From Psammoneis japonica (lineage: Eukaryota): 64,000 nucleotides of DNA. The position numbers and the translations under genes were made by a program. Below are positions 1-15,900 of the stretch, in pieces; within the stretch, counting starts at the first letter, position 1, and the number at the start of each line of letters is the position of its first letter. The stretch is taken from the NCBI GenBank assembly GCA_008632985.1, contig QPGO01000141.1, forward strand, positions 62,001 through 126,000, read 5' to 3'. The notes under the pieces were generated by a model. It searched no databases. It worked only from the letters and a program-made list of their open reading frames with translations, and was not told the origin of the DNA.

Positions 1-117
1 CACGTGGCATACATCATACTCCATCATCATTGGGAGGAGAACCGAGTGTGACAATGCTGTATTGTACGACTATATCGTCTTGTCCACCATTGGAAGTTCG
101 CGAGTCGTTTCTCGTGG

Positions 118-143
118 CTCTCTCTCTCTCTCTCTCTCTCTCT
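118..143. repeat. (CT)n microsatellite
   Basis: Uninterrupted ctctct run. Confidence 0.9.
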
Positions 144-174
144 TCCGTGCACCGTCATCCTCACTTGCTTTCTA

Positions 175-1053
175 CTACCACGTTCGCCCAACGATTTTAC
201 CACCATTTTTCTGAACCATCTTTCCAATGAGTCTCGAATATCCACCCGTACTCACCATGATTTGTTGGGCATGACTGGCATAATAAAAATCTTCATCAGG
301 ACCTGCACCATTGATGCGTTTGGTCACTGAATAACCCGAATAGACTAGAGCCGTTTCAAGACATGTGGCATAAATCGTACTCTTGAATGTGGAATCGTGT
401 CGTTGATGTGCTCCACCCATCAATTCAATTCTTGTAAAATTGGTAGCTTTTCGGATTTGTTTCAAATACTCGTAAATGCTTAGAATGGATCCACGAAAAT
501 TCACGTGATGAGCGGGATCGGCGCCTTTCAACAGCATGGTGGTGGCATTGGCTTTTGCGTTTTCAATCACATCTCCAAGACGCAAATGAATCACGAGTGT
601 GTCGGGATCGGGAATGTGAAATCCTTTGGTGCCGTTTCTCTCTTGAAATAATTGTTGGACCGTTGTCAAATTTCCACCCATGACAAAATTAGGATTGGTC
701 GAGGGACACGCTCGCTGTCGATACTCTTGCATTAAATTCTTGTTTTTTCTCCTCCAAAAATAGTGACGATCACAACTCTTGCATCCCTTGATACAATCCC
801 CGAGTTGATACCGATTGAGTTTGGGATGAAATTTGGATTTGCGAGATGCGTGGAGAGAAACGTTACGAGCGCATGCCATGATCCATTCATTCGTCAAATT
901 CCAACCTTGCGGCGATTTGTCTTGTTGGAGAAAAGCATCATTGTTGAACAGACCTCTCGAAAACGAATGGAATCTCAAAATCAAATTTACAGCTCCAACA
1001 ATCACAAGAACAGCACAAATGGGTCGAATGTTCCGTCGTAATGGATTCTTCAT
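175..1053 (-). CDS. Hypothetical type II membrane protein, fucosyltransferase (GT11)-like
   Basis: 292-aa ORF with an N-terminal TM segment. VIHLRLGD resembles the GT11 HxRxGD motif; C-terminal DEDF...STGGYS resembles the D..S.FS motif. Confidence 0.6.
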   Translation of the reverse strand: MKNPLRRNIRPICAVLVIVGAVNLILRFHSFSRGLFNNDAFLQQDKSPQGWNLTNEWIMACARNVSLHASRKSKFHPKLNRYQLGDCIKGCKSCDRHYFWRRKNKNLMQEYRQRACPSTNPNFVMGGNLTTVQQLFQERNGTKGFHIPDPDTLVIHLRLGDVIENAKANATTMLLKGADPAHHVNFRGSILSIYEYLKQIRKATNFTRIELMGGAHQRHDSTFKSTIYATCLETALVYSGYSVTKRINGAGPDEDFYYASHAQQIMVSTGGYSRLIGKMVQKNGGKIVGRTW

Positions 1054-1163
1054 ATTTTTACTTATATTTTTGGAACGCCAGCGGCAGCGTTCTCATGGCT
1101 ACTGCTCCCATCCTGTATCGTGCGTTGGTCCTTTTCTGGTTTTCTTGGAGGGAGCACTCGCGT

Positions 1164-1259
1164 ACGCACGACTCACAGACGTTTTGGCGGGTCATTACGC
1201 ACGACTCACAGACGCGATCATGTTTTGGAGGTACCGTAGTCACGCACGACTCACAGACG
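1164..1259. repeat. Three copies of ACGCACGACTCACAGACG in a divergent intergenic region
   Basis: Identical 18-mers at about 1164, 1197 and 1242. Confidence 0.85.
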
Positions 1260-1692
1260 CGACCTCTCACTTTTTTTTGATTTTTTGCGCTCGCATCTCG
1301 CAGAGAGGTTATTATCGTTGCAACAAGGGACGTATTGAATCAACACAAGAGACGGTACGTTTGCAACCTCGTTGTCGTCATAAGAGCTGCATTATAGACT
1401 GGCAGAATGTTGTCGTTTCGTAGTCACACAAGCAGACAAGAGGCAAAATATCCGTCGCAAGTGTATGTGCACGATTTTCTTCAGCCACACATTTTCTACG
1501 TACGACTCAGTACTGATTCTACGTGACGATCCGATGCTCACATTTTTGGCGATTCGAGACGCACATGGAGAGCGAATGAAACGTGTGCTCACCAAAAGCT
1601 GCGTGTTCGACTCATTAATCATTTTACCATTTGCTTACTCTTTTCAATTGTATAGTACTAGCTAGTAATTGTGAAACAACAGACGAACAACG

Positions 1693-4175
1693 ATGGAAGC
1701 TCCAAAAGAGGATAAGAACAAAAAGCAACCCAACGAAAAGAAAAAGCCACAAAAGCCACAACGAGAATGGACCGATGAATTACAGCAAGACTTGGAACGC
1801 ATCTTGACGGTGGTGAAGAATGTATTTCCGAAAAGGAATTGCGTGCTCTCTTGCTTGCCAAGGGTCGTGGTTCGGATTTGACCGGGATTTAATTTATATG
1901 ATGGCTTTGAACCATCGGGACGCATGCACATTGCACAAGGCGTTTTCAAGGCGATGAATGTCAACAAGTGTACCCTAGAGGGTACCAATGCGACCTTTGT
2001 TTTTTGGGTGGCCGATTGGTTTGCACTCATGAATGATAAGGTAAGTTAACGACGAAGAAATGAAAGAGCGTATATTGTATTGATGTGATTGTCTCTCTCA
2101 TCTTTTATTTTCAATATACTATCGCATATGTCTCTCTCTATAGATGGGCGGAGACTTGGAAAAAATCAAAACCGTCGGCAAATATCTCATTGAAGTTGGA
2201 AGGCTGCCGGTATGGATTTGACCCATGTCGTTTTAAATGGGCCTCGGAAGAAATCACAAATCACGCCGATACGTATTGGCCAACCATGTTGGATGTGGCT
2301 CGTCGATTCAATGTAACACGCATCAAGAAATGTTGTCAAATCATGGGACGACTCGAGGGTGCATTGACATCGGCACAAGTTTTGTATCCACTCATGCAAT
2401 GCACCGATGTCTTCTTTTTAAAGCGGATATTTGTCAACTCGGGTTGATCAACGTAAAGTCAACATGTTGGCACGGGAATATTGTGATGCTGCCAATATCA
2501 AACGAAAGCCTGTCATTTTGAGTCATCACATGTTGTACGGATTAAAAGCGGGACAAGAAAAAATGTCCAAATCCGATCCGGACAGTGCCATTTTTATGGA
2601 AGATACGGCGGAGGATGTCAACGCAAAATCAAGGCAGCGTACTGTCCAACCAAGGAAGAGGACGATGCAGGAGCGGAGAATACAACACCGTCTCCACGGA
2701 AGAAGCGGAGGACGCGGGAAAGCAATCGATGCATTTGACTGTGGACACGCTAAAGAATCCGTGTTTGGATTACATTCAACACATTATCTTTAGTCCGCCG
2801 GGTGCAACCTTTGAAGCAGGAGGTACTACCTACACGGATACAGTGCCGTCAAGGCTGATTTCTTGGCGGGAACCTTGCACCCGACCAACTCAAGGATGGA
2901 CTTATTGCTGAATTAAATCGTCTATTGGAACCTGTCCGTACTCATTTTGATACAGACGAGACGGCCAAAACGTTGCTTGCACAGGTACGACAGTACAAGA
3001 AGGAATCAGCTGCAGCATCTGAAAACAAACAAGTACGACGACTCGATTTGGTACAGCTGGGTAAGGTTGATGCTGGTTGTCATGTAGTGTTTGCGCCACT
3101 ACCATCCGCTACACCGACGCTACAAGAAGCTGTAGATATCTTGTCTCGGCTCAAACTCGCTCCAAATACTGATCAACAACAACCTCTTGTTTTGTTCTTG
3201 TCGGATTGGACCGCACGAGTTTGCAATGCATGCAATGCCGAAACCAAGGTGATTGATGCCTACTACACCATTTTATTGTTGGCGTTGAAATCTTTGGATG
3301 CCGCCCTCATGGACAAGGTCACAGTCGTCTACCAGAGTCACGCCATTTTGATGGATCCGTCCAATTACTGGATCAGTGTCATTAACGTGGGACGGCACTT
3401 TATGCTAAATGACGTGATGGGTCCGAAATGAAGGATGCCGATGGTGTGGGCAAGGTGATTGGACGGTTAATGCAAGTGGCAGACGTCATGGGACTCGAAC
3501 CCAGCAGTGTGGCGCTGTCGGCCAAGAATGTCGACTGTGCCACCGAGGCATCGTTGATTGGTCGTTTCTTTGCCGAGAAGCTGGCCGGATCCAATATGGA
3601 GTCGCCACAGATACTACGAGGTGATGGACCATTGCTATCGTTGCAAGAAGAACGGGAATCCGAGGCTTACAAGACGGAAAATGATGAATACTTCTTGATG
3701 GATGATCCAAAGGTAAGAAACGATTTGTTGTGTCGGTTTTGTCAATTACGTAATGGACTAGTACAACTCACCTGCTTGTTTTGCTACTTTACTTTACACG
3801 TTACCCATACTCCTCAGGTCCACGGCAAATCCAAAATGAAGAAAGCCTTCTGTCAAGCGGGCAATGTTTCGTTTTGTCCTCCCATTGCCTTGGCTTGCTG
3901 TTTTGGCCTTACATCTACGGAAAGCGAAATTGTCGTGACTCGTACTCCCGAAAACGGAGGCGATGTCACTACACATCGCAAGAGGCAATCGAAAAGGATT
4001 TTGCCAGCGAAGCATTGCATCCCGGTGATCTCAAGGCGGCCGCCACGAAAATCATGGTGGGCGTGCTCGAAAACATGACCAGAGCGTCAAGGCGGACAAG
4101 GATGCCACCAAGGCTTCCAAAACGCTCAAGGCCTTTATGAAAAAGCAGCAAAAACAAAAGGGTGGTAAAAAGTAA
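1693..4175 (+). CDS. TyrRS: Cytosolic tyrosyl-tRNA synthetase, double-length (pseudo-dimer) type; introns at about 2041-2143 and 3712-3817; several apparent frameshifts
   Basis: YDGFEPSGRMHIAQG, YPLMQCTD, DQRKVNMLAREY and KMSKSDPDSAIFMED motifs; degenerate second half with KMKKAFC and LHPGDLK; GT-AG introns. Confidence 0.93.
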
Positions 4176-4340
4176 GAAAAAATGTAACAAGGAATATAAA
4201 AAGGATATGGATTGCAACGACAACTAGAGATGCTACGAATGAGCTGTATTGTAGCTAGAACGGAATAGACTAAAAGTTGATAACACAACCTGTGACTAAC
4301 AATAGTATACCCAACTATTACACTATCGGTAAATACGGTT

Positions 4341-7616
<3,276 letters not shown>

Positions 7617-8087
7617 GGCGGCGTTTTTGCTGTTGTTGTTATTTTCTGCTGTTTTGCGAGGCCGGATTGCGCAAAAAATGAAGGTGCTGAAAAAATGGCG
7701 CGCCAGAGTATGCACATATCTTATCTACATGGATGGAGGGTTATTTTAATGAAATTGATTACCGTACATAAATTATTCGTAATTCCTCATTCCAGATTCC
7801 ATTGTTGACATCACCTTTTTTTTCATTGGCTGGTTGTTGAGTTTGGCGGGAACAAGAAAAGATCGGCAGGTACGTCATTATCGTGTAACGGCTACGTGGA
7901 TTCAATACGAGCCATGAAGGGTTCGCGTATCTTTGTGACTGCGTGCTCCATGCTTCCCACTCATCAACGGCACCTTTATTTCTGGCGACGAAAGCGTGTG
8001 TGTGTGAGGTGTGACGAGGATCTTGTTTGGGTACTGTGCTCTATCCGTCTTTTTGATGTTGCTATTGTACAGTACAACAAAAGAGTA

Positions 8088-9406
8088 ATGTCAGAGGCTG
8101 TTGACAACAATCATGGTGATGAAACTGGGGATGCTACTACTGCTACTAATGAAAATACAATCATAGACGCCACAGCTGGAGTAGGTGGAGATCCTGATGC
8201 TGCTACTGCAACTACTTCAGAAGCGAATCATCAAGCAATTATTGCAGAGACAGCTCCTCCTCCCTCCGCAACCAGCTCCAGTGGCAACTGAAACTTCTAT
8301 AGCTGAAGCTTCTGCACCAGAAGCTGCTGTTGTAGTACAAGCTCCTGCTGTAGCAGAAGAAGCTCCTCCTCCGCAAGAACATCATCATCATCACGAGCAG
8401 GAGTATCAGTTTCATTCGGAAGAAAGTGCCGCTGCGACAGCTGCAGCAGAAGCCGTAGTTGCAGGCCGAAGCTGCTGCTGCCGCTGCCGCCGCGGCTGAA
8501 ACTGCAGCTGCCGTTGCTGTATCAGCTGCACCAGCAGTATCCCATCATCATCAAGAGCAAGAACAACAACACACTACTCCATTTGTGTGTCGCATATGTG
8601 GCAAGGACGCTGATAATGGCAGTGGTCGTAAGCGGTTGCTCATTCGCTTTGTACCCGTCGAACCTTTACAAGAAGATGCATCCACCAACACGTGGGCTCA
8701 AGATATTGTGTTGCACGTGTTTTGTGGCAAGACGGCATCGATTTTACCGGCTGTCAATCGGCCGGAATTGGAAATCCTTAGCAAGGCGGGGATCAAGAAC
8801 AAGCATGGGATTGGTCCCGAAGTCAATGCCGCGTTGGCACGGACACGGTGTGCTCAACTCGTGAATCTCGACGAGATTGTGGGAACACAACGAGAACGAG
8901 AATTTTATCTCGTCAAGGAATTTGAAGCTCATTTGCTCACGATACGAGCTGTACACAATACGACCGCAACGTCCACGTCAGCGCAACATGCAGCGTCGGT
9001 CGAAGCAGCCTTTCATCATCATCATCCGTACCATTATGCATCCATGGTGGCAGCTGCGGAAAAGCCAATGGTACACAAGGCGGGACAATCCTACCATAAA
9101 CATCATCAACGTCGAGATGAATGGGCATTGGCAGCTGCAGCCGATGATCGCTTTACTACCGCCGCATCGTCGACACCCGTGGAGCACCATCATGCTTCAG
9201 CAGCAGCAGCAGCAGCCATGCATGACCAAGAACAACAAGACGATGAAGATGAAGAACCAGACGCACCGGGTAAGGTACGTTGTGGTTGTGGCGGAACACA
9301 TTATCCACCCGATACACCAAAGGGGGCTGAATCATGGAAGGTTCATGTCATGACCAAGAGACATCAGAAATGGATGCAAGATAATGGTATGCTTGGTGCT
9401 GTTTAG
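8088..9406 (+). CDS. Ala/His-rich protein with Zn-binding motifs (CRICGK...HVFC; C-terminal CGCGG...HVMTKRH C2H2-like finger)
   Basis: Overlapping ORFs 7896-8291, 8185-8499 and 8459-9406 join through frameshifts; normal composition. Confidence 0.65.
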
Positions 9407-9451
9407 TTTGTATGGAGTTGGACAGTAGCATTTCGAAACATACATATGCAG

Positions 9452-9606
9452 GTGAGGGTGGTGAAGGGGAGATCTAAACGAGAGTGTAATTTTGAAAAAA
9501 TACAAGAGCTTAAAAAATAATATAGGGAAACATTAAGACAAGGCATAGTATATGTAGGGGGCAGAGATTGAGGCATATCTCCTCCCTAGTAGGTGACATC
9601 TTTTGA

Positions 9607-9643
<37 letters not shown>

Positions 9644-9800
9644 CTCTAGAGAGCTACACTTGTGCAGCCTTGGTTGAAAGTGGGGACTACTGTCGTCCAG
9701 TGTACATTCGCGTTTTTATCGCCGTGAAACGGGACAGAGGCGGGGATGCGACGTGTGCTGATTTCGCGCGCATGCATGCGTGCACACGATGATGTGAGAG
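9452..9800 (+). repeat. Dispersed repeat copy A (TpA intact), containing a (CT)n tract
   Basis: GGGGAGATCTAAACGAGAGTGTAATTTTGAAAAAATACAAGAGCT...GGTTGAAAGTGGG...CATTCGCGTTTTT is homologous to 26948-27525. Confidence 0.85.
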
Positions 9801-9913
9801 CGAGGTCGTTTGTGTTCGGAATGCGGTTCAGTCGTAGAATTAAAAAAGCTAGACAAAAAAGCTAGACTTTCTGCGGTTGCCTACAAAATTTCTAGATTCC
9901 ATACGAGTTGATT

Positions 9914-11698
9914 TTATCTTTCGTCTCCTTCCATGGATTTATATCTGCAAGACGTCTTTGCGCTACTTGTGCATTTGAACTTGAGTGGTACAGGCCGGTC
10001 GGATTGAAATCGCCGTGGACGCTCTTCATTTGAAACTGGGAATCCTCCAAGGCTCTTGCCTAGCTTCTTGTACGCCTTTCTTCGAGAAGTTAGTTTGTAC
10101 TTTGCAGCAAAAGTACAGGCAAGTGAATCCTTCATGAGGTAGCTCTTGTGACTTTTACCCTTCCCACTCCAGCGTCCCTCAAACGCCTCGAGCATGCGCG
10201 AATAGTAGGAACGAATATCATGTTCCTTCCAATTGATACACCTATCGTGTCTTTTTCCACAAAATTCAGTTTGAGTGTTCTGCGACGTTCTTTTGATAAA
10301 GCCCGCACAAATCATGCATCTTAATTCTTGTTTGCTTTCTGGCAAACACACAATTTCGGCTTTTCTGAGAGATTGTTTCCTTTCTGATTTAGCCATGCTC
10401 GTCTCTGGCGATGTTCTCCCTCTATTGAAGTGGTTAGAGGGACACTCAGAGTCCTTTTCGATATTAGAAATTGCTGCTCCAGTGCCGATGTCAATCCAAC
10501 GCCTTGCTTCGTCATTCATACAGACAATGGGAGAGCTTCGATTGATTACAAGGCTATCAGAGTGATTTCTGCTCACAGCAGACGATCCATTCGCTATTTC
10601 ACTTTTGTCTTCAAACAGCATTCCACCCAATTGACCAGCTTGGCATTTTCTCACCAGATCGTGCACCACTCCCGCACCATCTTGATTGCTAGTTGCTGCA
10701 AATGCCTCAAAGAATTCTGTTGGATCTTCGGTTGGAGCTTTCAACCCTAGCGCTTTGACATAAAACAGGTCTTTTACAAAGGACCCGTGTCGATTGAGAG
10801 CCTTCAGTATGACCTCCACAATGGCTCGCGATAACTCGTCGTCCATCATTCCCTTGGTAGGTTCCATGGCTCCACAGGATATCAATAGTGCTTTTGAATC
10901 AATGTCATTGTGCACATGTTTTAACCTTGGTCTCATACCGGGAGTGTCAATTAATGTAATGGATTCCTTATTTCCTACTTCCAATACGTGCTTTTTGGTC
11001 GACAGTGTCCACCCAGCCGTTTTCGAAATCTTGGGTAAATGATGTCCCTTTTTCTTTTTCACCTTCATGGTTCGATGTTTTGTAATTGGTAGAATAACAC
11101 TACTCTTTCCTGCATTGGGTGCTCCGCAAACAAGTGCGGTGTTGGAAGCATTGTCATTGGGATGAGTAGTGGCAGCAAGTTTCGCTCCACCCAACAGGGC
11201 ATTCACGACTTGCCGTAGTGACTTTGCTTTCAACTCGTTTGCGTTTCGTAGATTAAGTGCCATCACAGCAATCTTTCTCTTGTTATTATTCTTTCCACAT
11301 TGTTCATGCTGCACTTCCACTTGTTTCATTTGAAACAAAAGTGCCTCATCCGACAGAAAATCAGCACGAGTCAGAATCCTCATCAAGACTGGCGCGTTCT
11401 GCAGTGGAATTGTGCTCGGTGGAACTGCGTCAAAGAGCTTGTGCGTAACTCCAACATTACAGATATTCATGACTTCCACCACCAAGTGCGGACGATTCAT
11501 TATTTCTTTTATCAGTCGAACTGCCTGCGCAATGTAATACTCTTCCGAGGTACCACCCTGACCGCGTTTTATTCGTCGGCGATTGGAAAAATGACAACGC
11601 GAGACATTACCCGTGCATTGGAAGTTAGACCCGAGAGGAGCAGGGCGACGGAAATATGCCCAAGAACGTCGCTGATGGTGCCGAAAAGAATACATCAT
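9914..11698 (-). CDS. Circularly permuted GTPase (RbgA/YlqF/MTG1-like), probably organellar, with a C-terminal group II intron maturase domain-X-like segment
   Basis: G4-like LTRADF, then G1 CGAPNAGKSS, G2 AGWT, G3 LIDTPG; Arg-rich N-terminus; SLACTFAAKYKLTSRRKAYKKLG near the C-terminus. Confidence 0.75.
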   Translation of the reverse strand: MMYSFRHHQRRSWAYFRRPAPLGSNFQCTGNVSRCHFSNRRRIKRGQGGTSEEYYIAQAVRLIKEIMNRPHLVVEVMNICNVGVTHKLFDAVPPSTIPLQNAPVLMRILTRADFLSDEALLFQMKQVEVQHEQCGKNNNKRKIAVMALNLRNANELKAKSLRQVVNALLGGAKLAATTHPNDNASNTALVCGAPNAGKSSVILPITKHRTMKVKKKKGHHLPKISKTAGWTLSTKKHVLEVGNKESITLIDTPGMRPRLKHVHNDIDSKALLISCGAMEPTKGMMDDELSRAIVEVILKALNRHGSFVKDLFYVKALGLKAPTEDPTEFFEAFAATSNQDGAGVVHDLVRKCQAGQLGGMLFEDKSEIANGSSAVSRNHSDSLVINRSSPIVCMNDEARRWIDIGTGAAISNIEKDSECPSNHFNRGRTSPETSMAKSERKQSLRKAEIVCLPESKQELRCMICAGFIKRTSQNTQTEFCGKRHDRCINWKEHDIRSYYSRMLEAFEGRWSGKGKSHKSYLMKDSLACTFAAKYKLTSRRKAYKKLGKSLGGFPVSNEERPRRFQSDRPVPLKFKCTSSAKTSCRYKSMEGDER

Positions 11699-12280
11699 CG
11701 TTCTTCTTTTGCCATATCAACTTTTGCCTCTCTATGAGTTACTTCGATAGTTGATGGGTGTCGCCATGTCGCTATCAGGAAAAAGAAAATCGAAAATAAA
11801 TCGAAATGCGGCGTTCTGTCGCTGTCGGTACCGGGCGGTATGTATACGACGATATCTATCTACGTCTATTGGTTCCTCCTCTTTTAGGTGGAACTCTCTA
11901 GATCGAAGTCTGAAACCGAAAGATTTTGGATTGCCGCCCTCGCTACTATCAGAAAATAGAGCCATGACGATTGCCTGCACCAATCATTTTGCTGCATTTT
12001 GCGCCGGGCGTTCGAATTAATTATGACACATGACGGTCATTTCGGTGCGCACTTTTGCGCGACCCACGCGACATGACTAACATGCGTTAGTGCGTGGTGC
12101 TGGTTGTTTTGCTTCTGACCGTTCTGTCTTCTGTGAGGTTTCATGAGGCTGTCTGTGCATGTTGATGTTGTCCAGTTGTGCATGTTGATGTTGTCTGAGG
12201 CAAGCTGCGTTGGATTAAGTGAGTGTGGAAATGTGCGAAATTTGCGCATTGTTGCAGCTTCTTTGCCAAACAGTCAGTCC

Positions 12281-12856
12281 TCATTTGTGGCCACACTCAA
12301 TCCGCGGCGGCTTGAGTGAAAGTCCATGTGCATGCATTTTGCACATTGATGCAGTTGTCTTTGCCAAATGGTCATTTGCAATTTGCTCATTCCATTCTTT
12401 CTGGCCACACTTCTTCTGAAGGGACTTTGCTTGCTCCTTCTCCTGCTCCGCCATCTCCTCCTCGGTGAAAAATCTCCCCGACCGCTGTGGAATCGCCGCT
12501 GCACATGCTGCCTTTAGCTCCTCCATGGTTGAATCATCCTTGGGCGTGACCGTTGTTTCCACATGATGGCTGTCCGCTGTCGTGTTGTCTTGCACAAGCA
12601 CAGAAGTGACACCAAAATTTCCCGAAGCAAGGTCAAACGCCGCTCTTGCTTCTTCCAAGGTGATCTCCTCTTCGTCTTCCTCATTCATCAATGACTGAAG
12701 AAGTTCCGCATGTGTCTGCACCTTTTTCTTGTCCTCACCAGTTTTCTTTGGCTCGTCTGCCTTCTTTGTTTGTTGTTGCAAATCCATGTTTTCTCCATTG
12801 CTGCGTTTTCTGTGACGGTTGCGTTCGCGTTTCTTGGTTTGTTGGTTAAAATCCAT
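12281..12856 (-). CDS. Hypothetical charged protein downstream of RepHel
   Basis: 191-aa ORF with K/E-rich, protein-like composition; no recognised domain. Confidence 0.35.
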   Translation of the reverse strand: MDFNQQTKKRERNRHRKRSNGENMDLQQQTKKADEPKKTGEDKKKVQTHAELLQSLMNEEDEEEITLEEARAAFDLASGNFGVTSVLVQDNTTADSHHVETTVTPKDDSTMEELKAACAAAIPQRSGRFFTEEEMAEQEKEQAKSLQKKCGQKEWNEQIANDHLAKTTASMCKMHAHGLSLKPPRIECGHK

Positions 12857-12921
12857 TCGACGTTGTGTGATGTGTGTGCAGATTTCTGCGCAATGTGCTG
12901 ATCTGATCGAAATGTTTTGTT

Positions 12922-15900
12922 TTACGAAATTTCCGCATTTTTACGGTTGGGGTCGCTGAACAGTTGTGCAGTGGTTGAGCATCCTAATCCAATGTTTGCG
13001 CACTGCATTGACATTTCTGCGCACTGTTGCTGAGAAAAATGCGTGGCGCTTCTCTCCTTCATGAGTCTTGTCAAGGCTTTGTAGCCTTCTGGGACCTTGC
13101 ATTTTCGCAGGTCCTTGCTTGGTGGCTGTTGCATGAACAGCCCTTCTCTGGTCTTTACTCTGGAGAGCACAACATGCACCCAATTCTGAGCGCAGCTCCA
13201 AGAGTGTGCAAACAACTGCAGGACTCCACTCCCTTGCAGTTTGTGCCCTGCAGTGGCATTGTTGATGACAAACGGCAGCTGGGTTGCCTTCAGTTGGAAA
13301 GTGTGCCTTTGTTCATCGCCTTCTTCTAAAATTGGGCTGGGCTTGGCGATGCAAGCCCTGAAAGCATTTGTTTTTGGCTCAACTAAAAACTTCGCGGGGT
13401 CGATGCTTTTGTTGCAGTGTTCCAATGCAACGTGGTCTACCTGGCTGGCAAGCAAAGCAGGAATGCCAATGTTGTTGTCTAAAGTTGCCAGTCTTGGTTC
13501 CTGTCCTGGTTTGAGAACGACCTCATCAACAGTGGCTTGCGTTCCGTTTGCTTGACCGTTTGCTGCATTTTCGTTGAAAGGTGTCATGACTCTGCATCTT
13601 CTGTAAATTCGTAAGACTGGATCCATTCTTCCTGATTGCATGACAACGTCTCCTTCACCACAGTTGTTCCAGAAGCTGTTGCAAACCGGAAATGGTTGGC
13701 AGAGTCTCGTGCCATTCTGCACCTGCAAGTCATCACTGAAAATCAACATTGAGTCAAGGACGTCTCCATCTCTTCCATGCAGTGTTTCCACTCTTTTTTC
13801 GAACAGGCCAGTGTCAATTGCATCTCTGTCCTTATTTGCACATGCAGCATGGCGGAGGTCACTGGGCAGATCATCTTCGTTCTGAACTGCTCGTTCGTTG
13901 ATGCACTCTACATCGTCAACTGCAATCTCACCAGTGCGGAATCTCTTGAGCAGTTTTCCCCATGATGGATCGTCTTTAAACCTGTGTGCACCACGAAGTT
14001 CTATGTGGCAGTTGATCCACTCGTGAAACTCGGGACGTGCATCTTTGCATGGTGGTTTCACTCCTTTTCCGACTGGTTCTAGTTGCCTGAGGTCACCTGC
14101 AAAAACAATGTTCACACCACCGCACGGCTTGCTTGATTCGCTCTTCAATGCTGTTAAATTCTCATGGAGTTTTTCTAGTTCTCTCTTGCTTGCAAAAGAA
14201 ATCTCGTCTGCCACCAAAAGTCTCGTGTCTGACCATGCTTCAGTTTGCTCTTCGGTCATTTGCTTTCTTCTCATGAGGCATGCAACTCGGTGGATTGTGC
14301 CCCCTTTGAGAATGGTCGCAGCCACTCCGGTCAGTGCAGTCACTCTGATTGTGCTTGTTGTGAACGGCTGCTCAACAAGCGAGCAATGCTCTCTTCCGCA
14401 TTCCACGACGAGGTCTGTTGTGGTTGATTTGCCACTTCCACCTGCACCATGTAAAAAGCACACAAGTTGCAACATTCTGTGTCTTTGCACTTCCACGAGT
14501 TTCTTCTATCGGTGAAGGTTTGTTGCGAATTCGTGTCTGCTGTTTCTCCCATTAAGTCCATTGCATGACGTCTCATCTTGAAGAGCGTCTTGGCAGCAAG
14601 TGAGCACAAAGGTTCCTGCTAGAATTTCAAAGGCACGCTGCTGTTGCCCATCCAGTCTTGCTTTCCCAGCCCAGTCTACGACACTTGCTGCAGATCCGTT
14701 TGCTTGACGTGCATCGACGTGTTCTTCCAAACCTGTCATGTCCTCAAATGACCTTCTTGTTCTTTGCGTTCTAGTCAGTGTCACTCGAACAATGTTGTCT
14801 CTTGACAGTGGTCTGCTGTGGATGTGTTGTTGCACTCCTTCATTCTGGTCTTCCTCGTCGGTGTCATCGCCGCCCTCTAGATTCTCAAAAAGTTGTTGTT
14901 CGTTGACCTGGCTTTCCTCGTTTGGTGGGTCAGTGTGCATGTCTGCCAAGCATTTGCAACCACCCATGTGTGAACCTTTCTGTCTTGCACGTTTGCCGCT
15001 CAAATGCGCAGGAACAACTGCTTGGTCGCTCAACCCAATGTCATCGTCTTCTGGCTGCTCTGCCATTTCTTCCAAGAGTGCATCCAGCAGTTGACCCTGA
15101 ACGGCGCCTGAAAGACCTTCTTCCTCGTCACTTTTGCAACAGTCAAACGCAACGTCAGCAGGTCTAAATTGCTCCGTCTTTCTTTGCAGATCATCAGATG
15201 CACTTTTGAGATGAAGGCAGTTGGACTTAGCATCCTGCAGGTTCTGCAAGAAGTTCAAGTTTTCCTCTGCAATGACACCGGCTGCTGCAGAGAGTTGGAA
15301 TTCACACAGGCATGCATGGGTTGTTGGTTTGAGTTCCGTCATTGTTCTGTGAGGCGCAAACAAGGCCAATGCCAACTTGCAGTGCAATTCTTTGTCCAGT
15401 GTTGTTGGTTGCTGCGGATCTGTGAGGCAACCACCAAACTTGGCTGCATCAGGAAAATCACACTGAAGTGCTTTTAACAATCGCGGTTGCTGTCGCTGTC
15501 TGACACCTTGAAGAAACTTGTTCTTCGTTGAATTGTGAGACGGGTGCCTGTGCGCTCTGTTGTCAAACATCATCATGCTGTGTTCGTTTTTCCTTGTGTT
15601 GCGAAGAACTTCGCATTCGCTAAAAAACGCAAACGGACTGAGATTCTCCAGTGCTGTTGGACGACATGGGCAGTGCAAGGCCTGGCATTGGAAGAACGGT
15701 GCATCGCCAAAATGGGCTACAGTCGCAGACACTTCGTCTCTTTCTAGTGTGCTGACAATGTCTTTCAAGGGGCACCATGCGGTCAAATGAGATTTGATGA
15801 AACGGCTTCCGTTCCTTGTTGTGCAAGATGCAAGTGGTGGTCCAATGACGTCCGTCTTGTCATGCGAGCAAGCACCCCACATGAGATGCCTGATTGCTTC

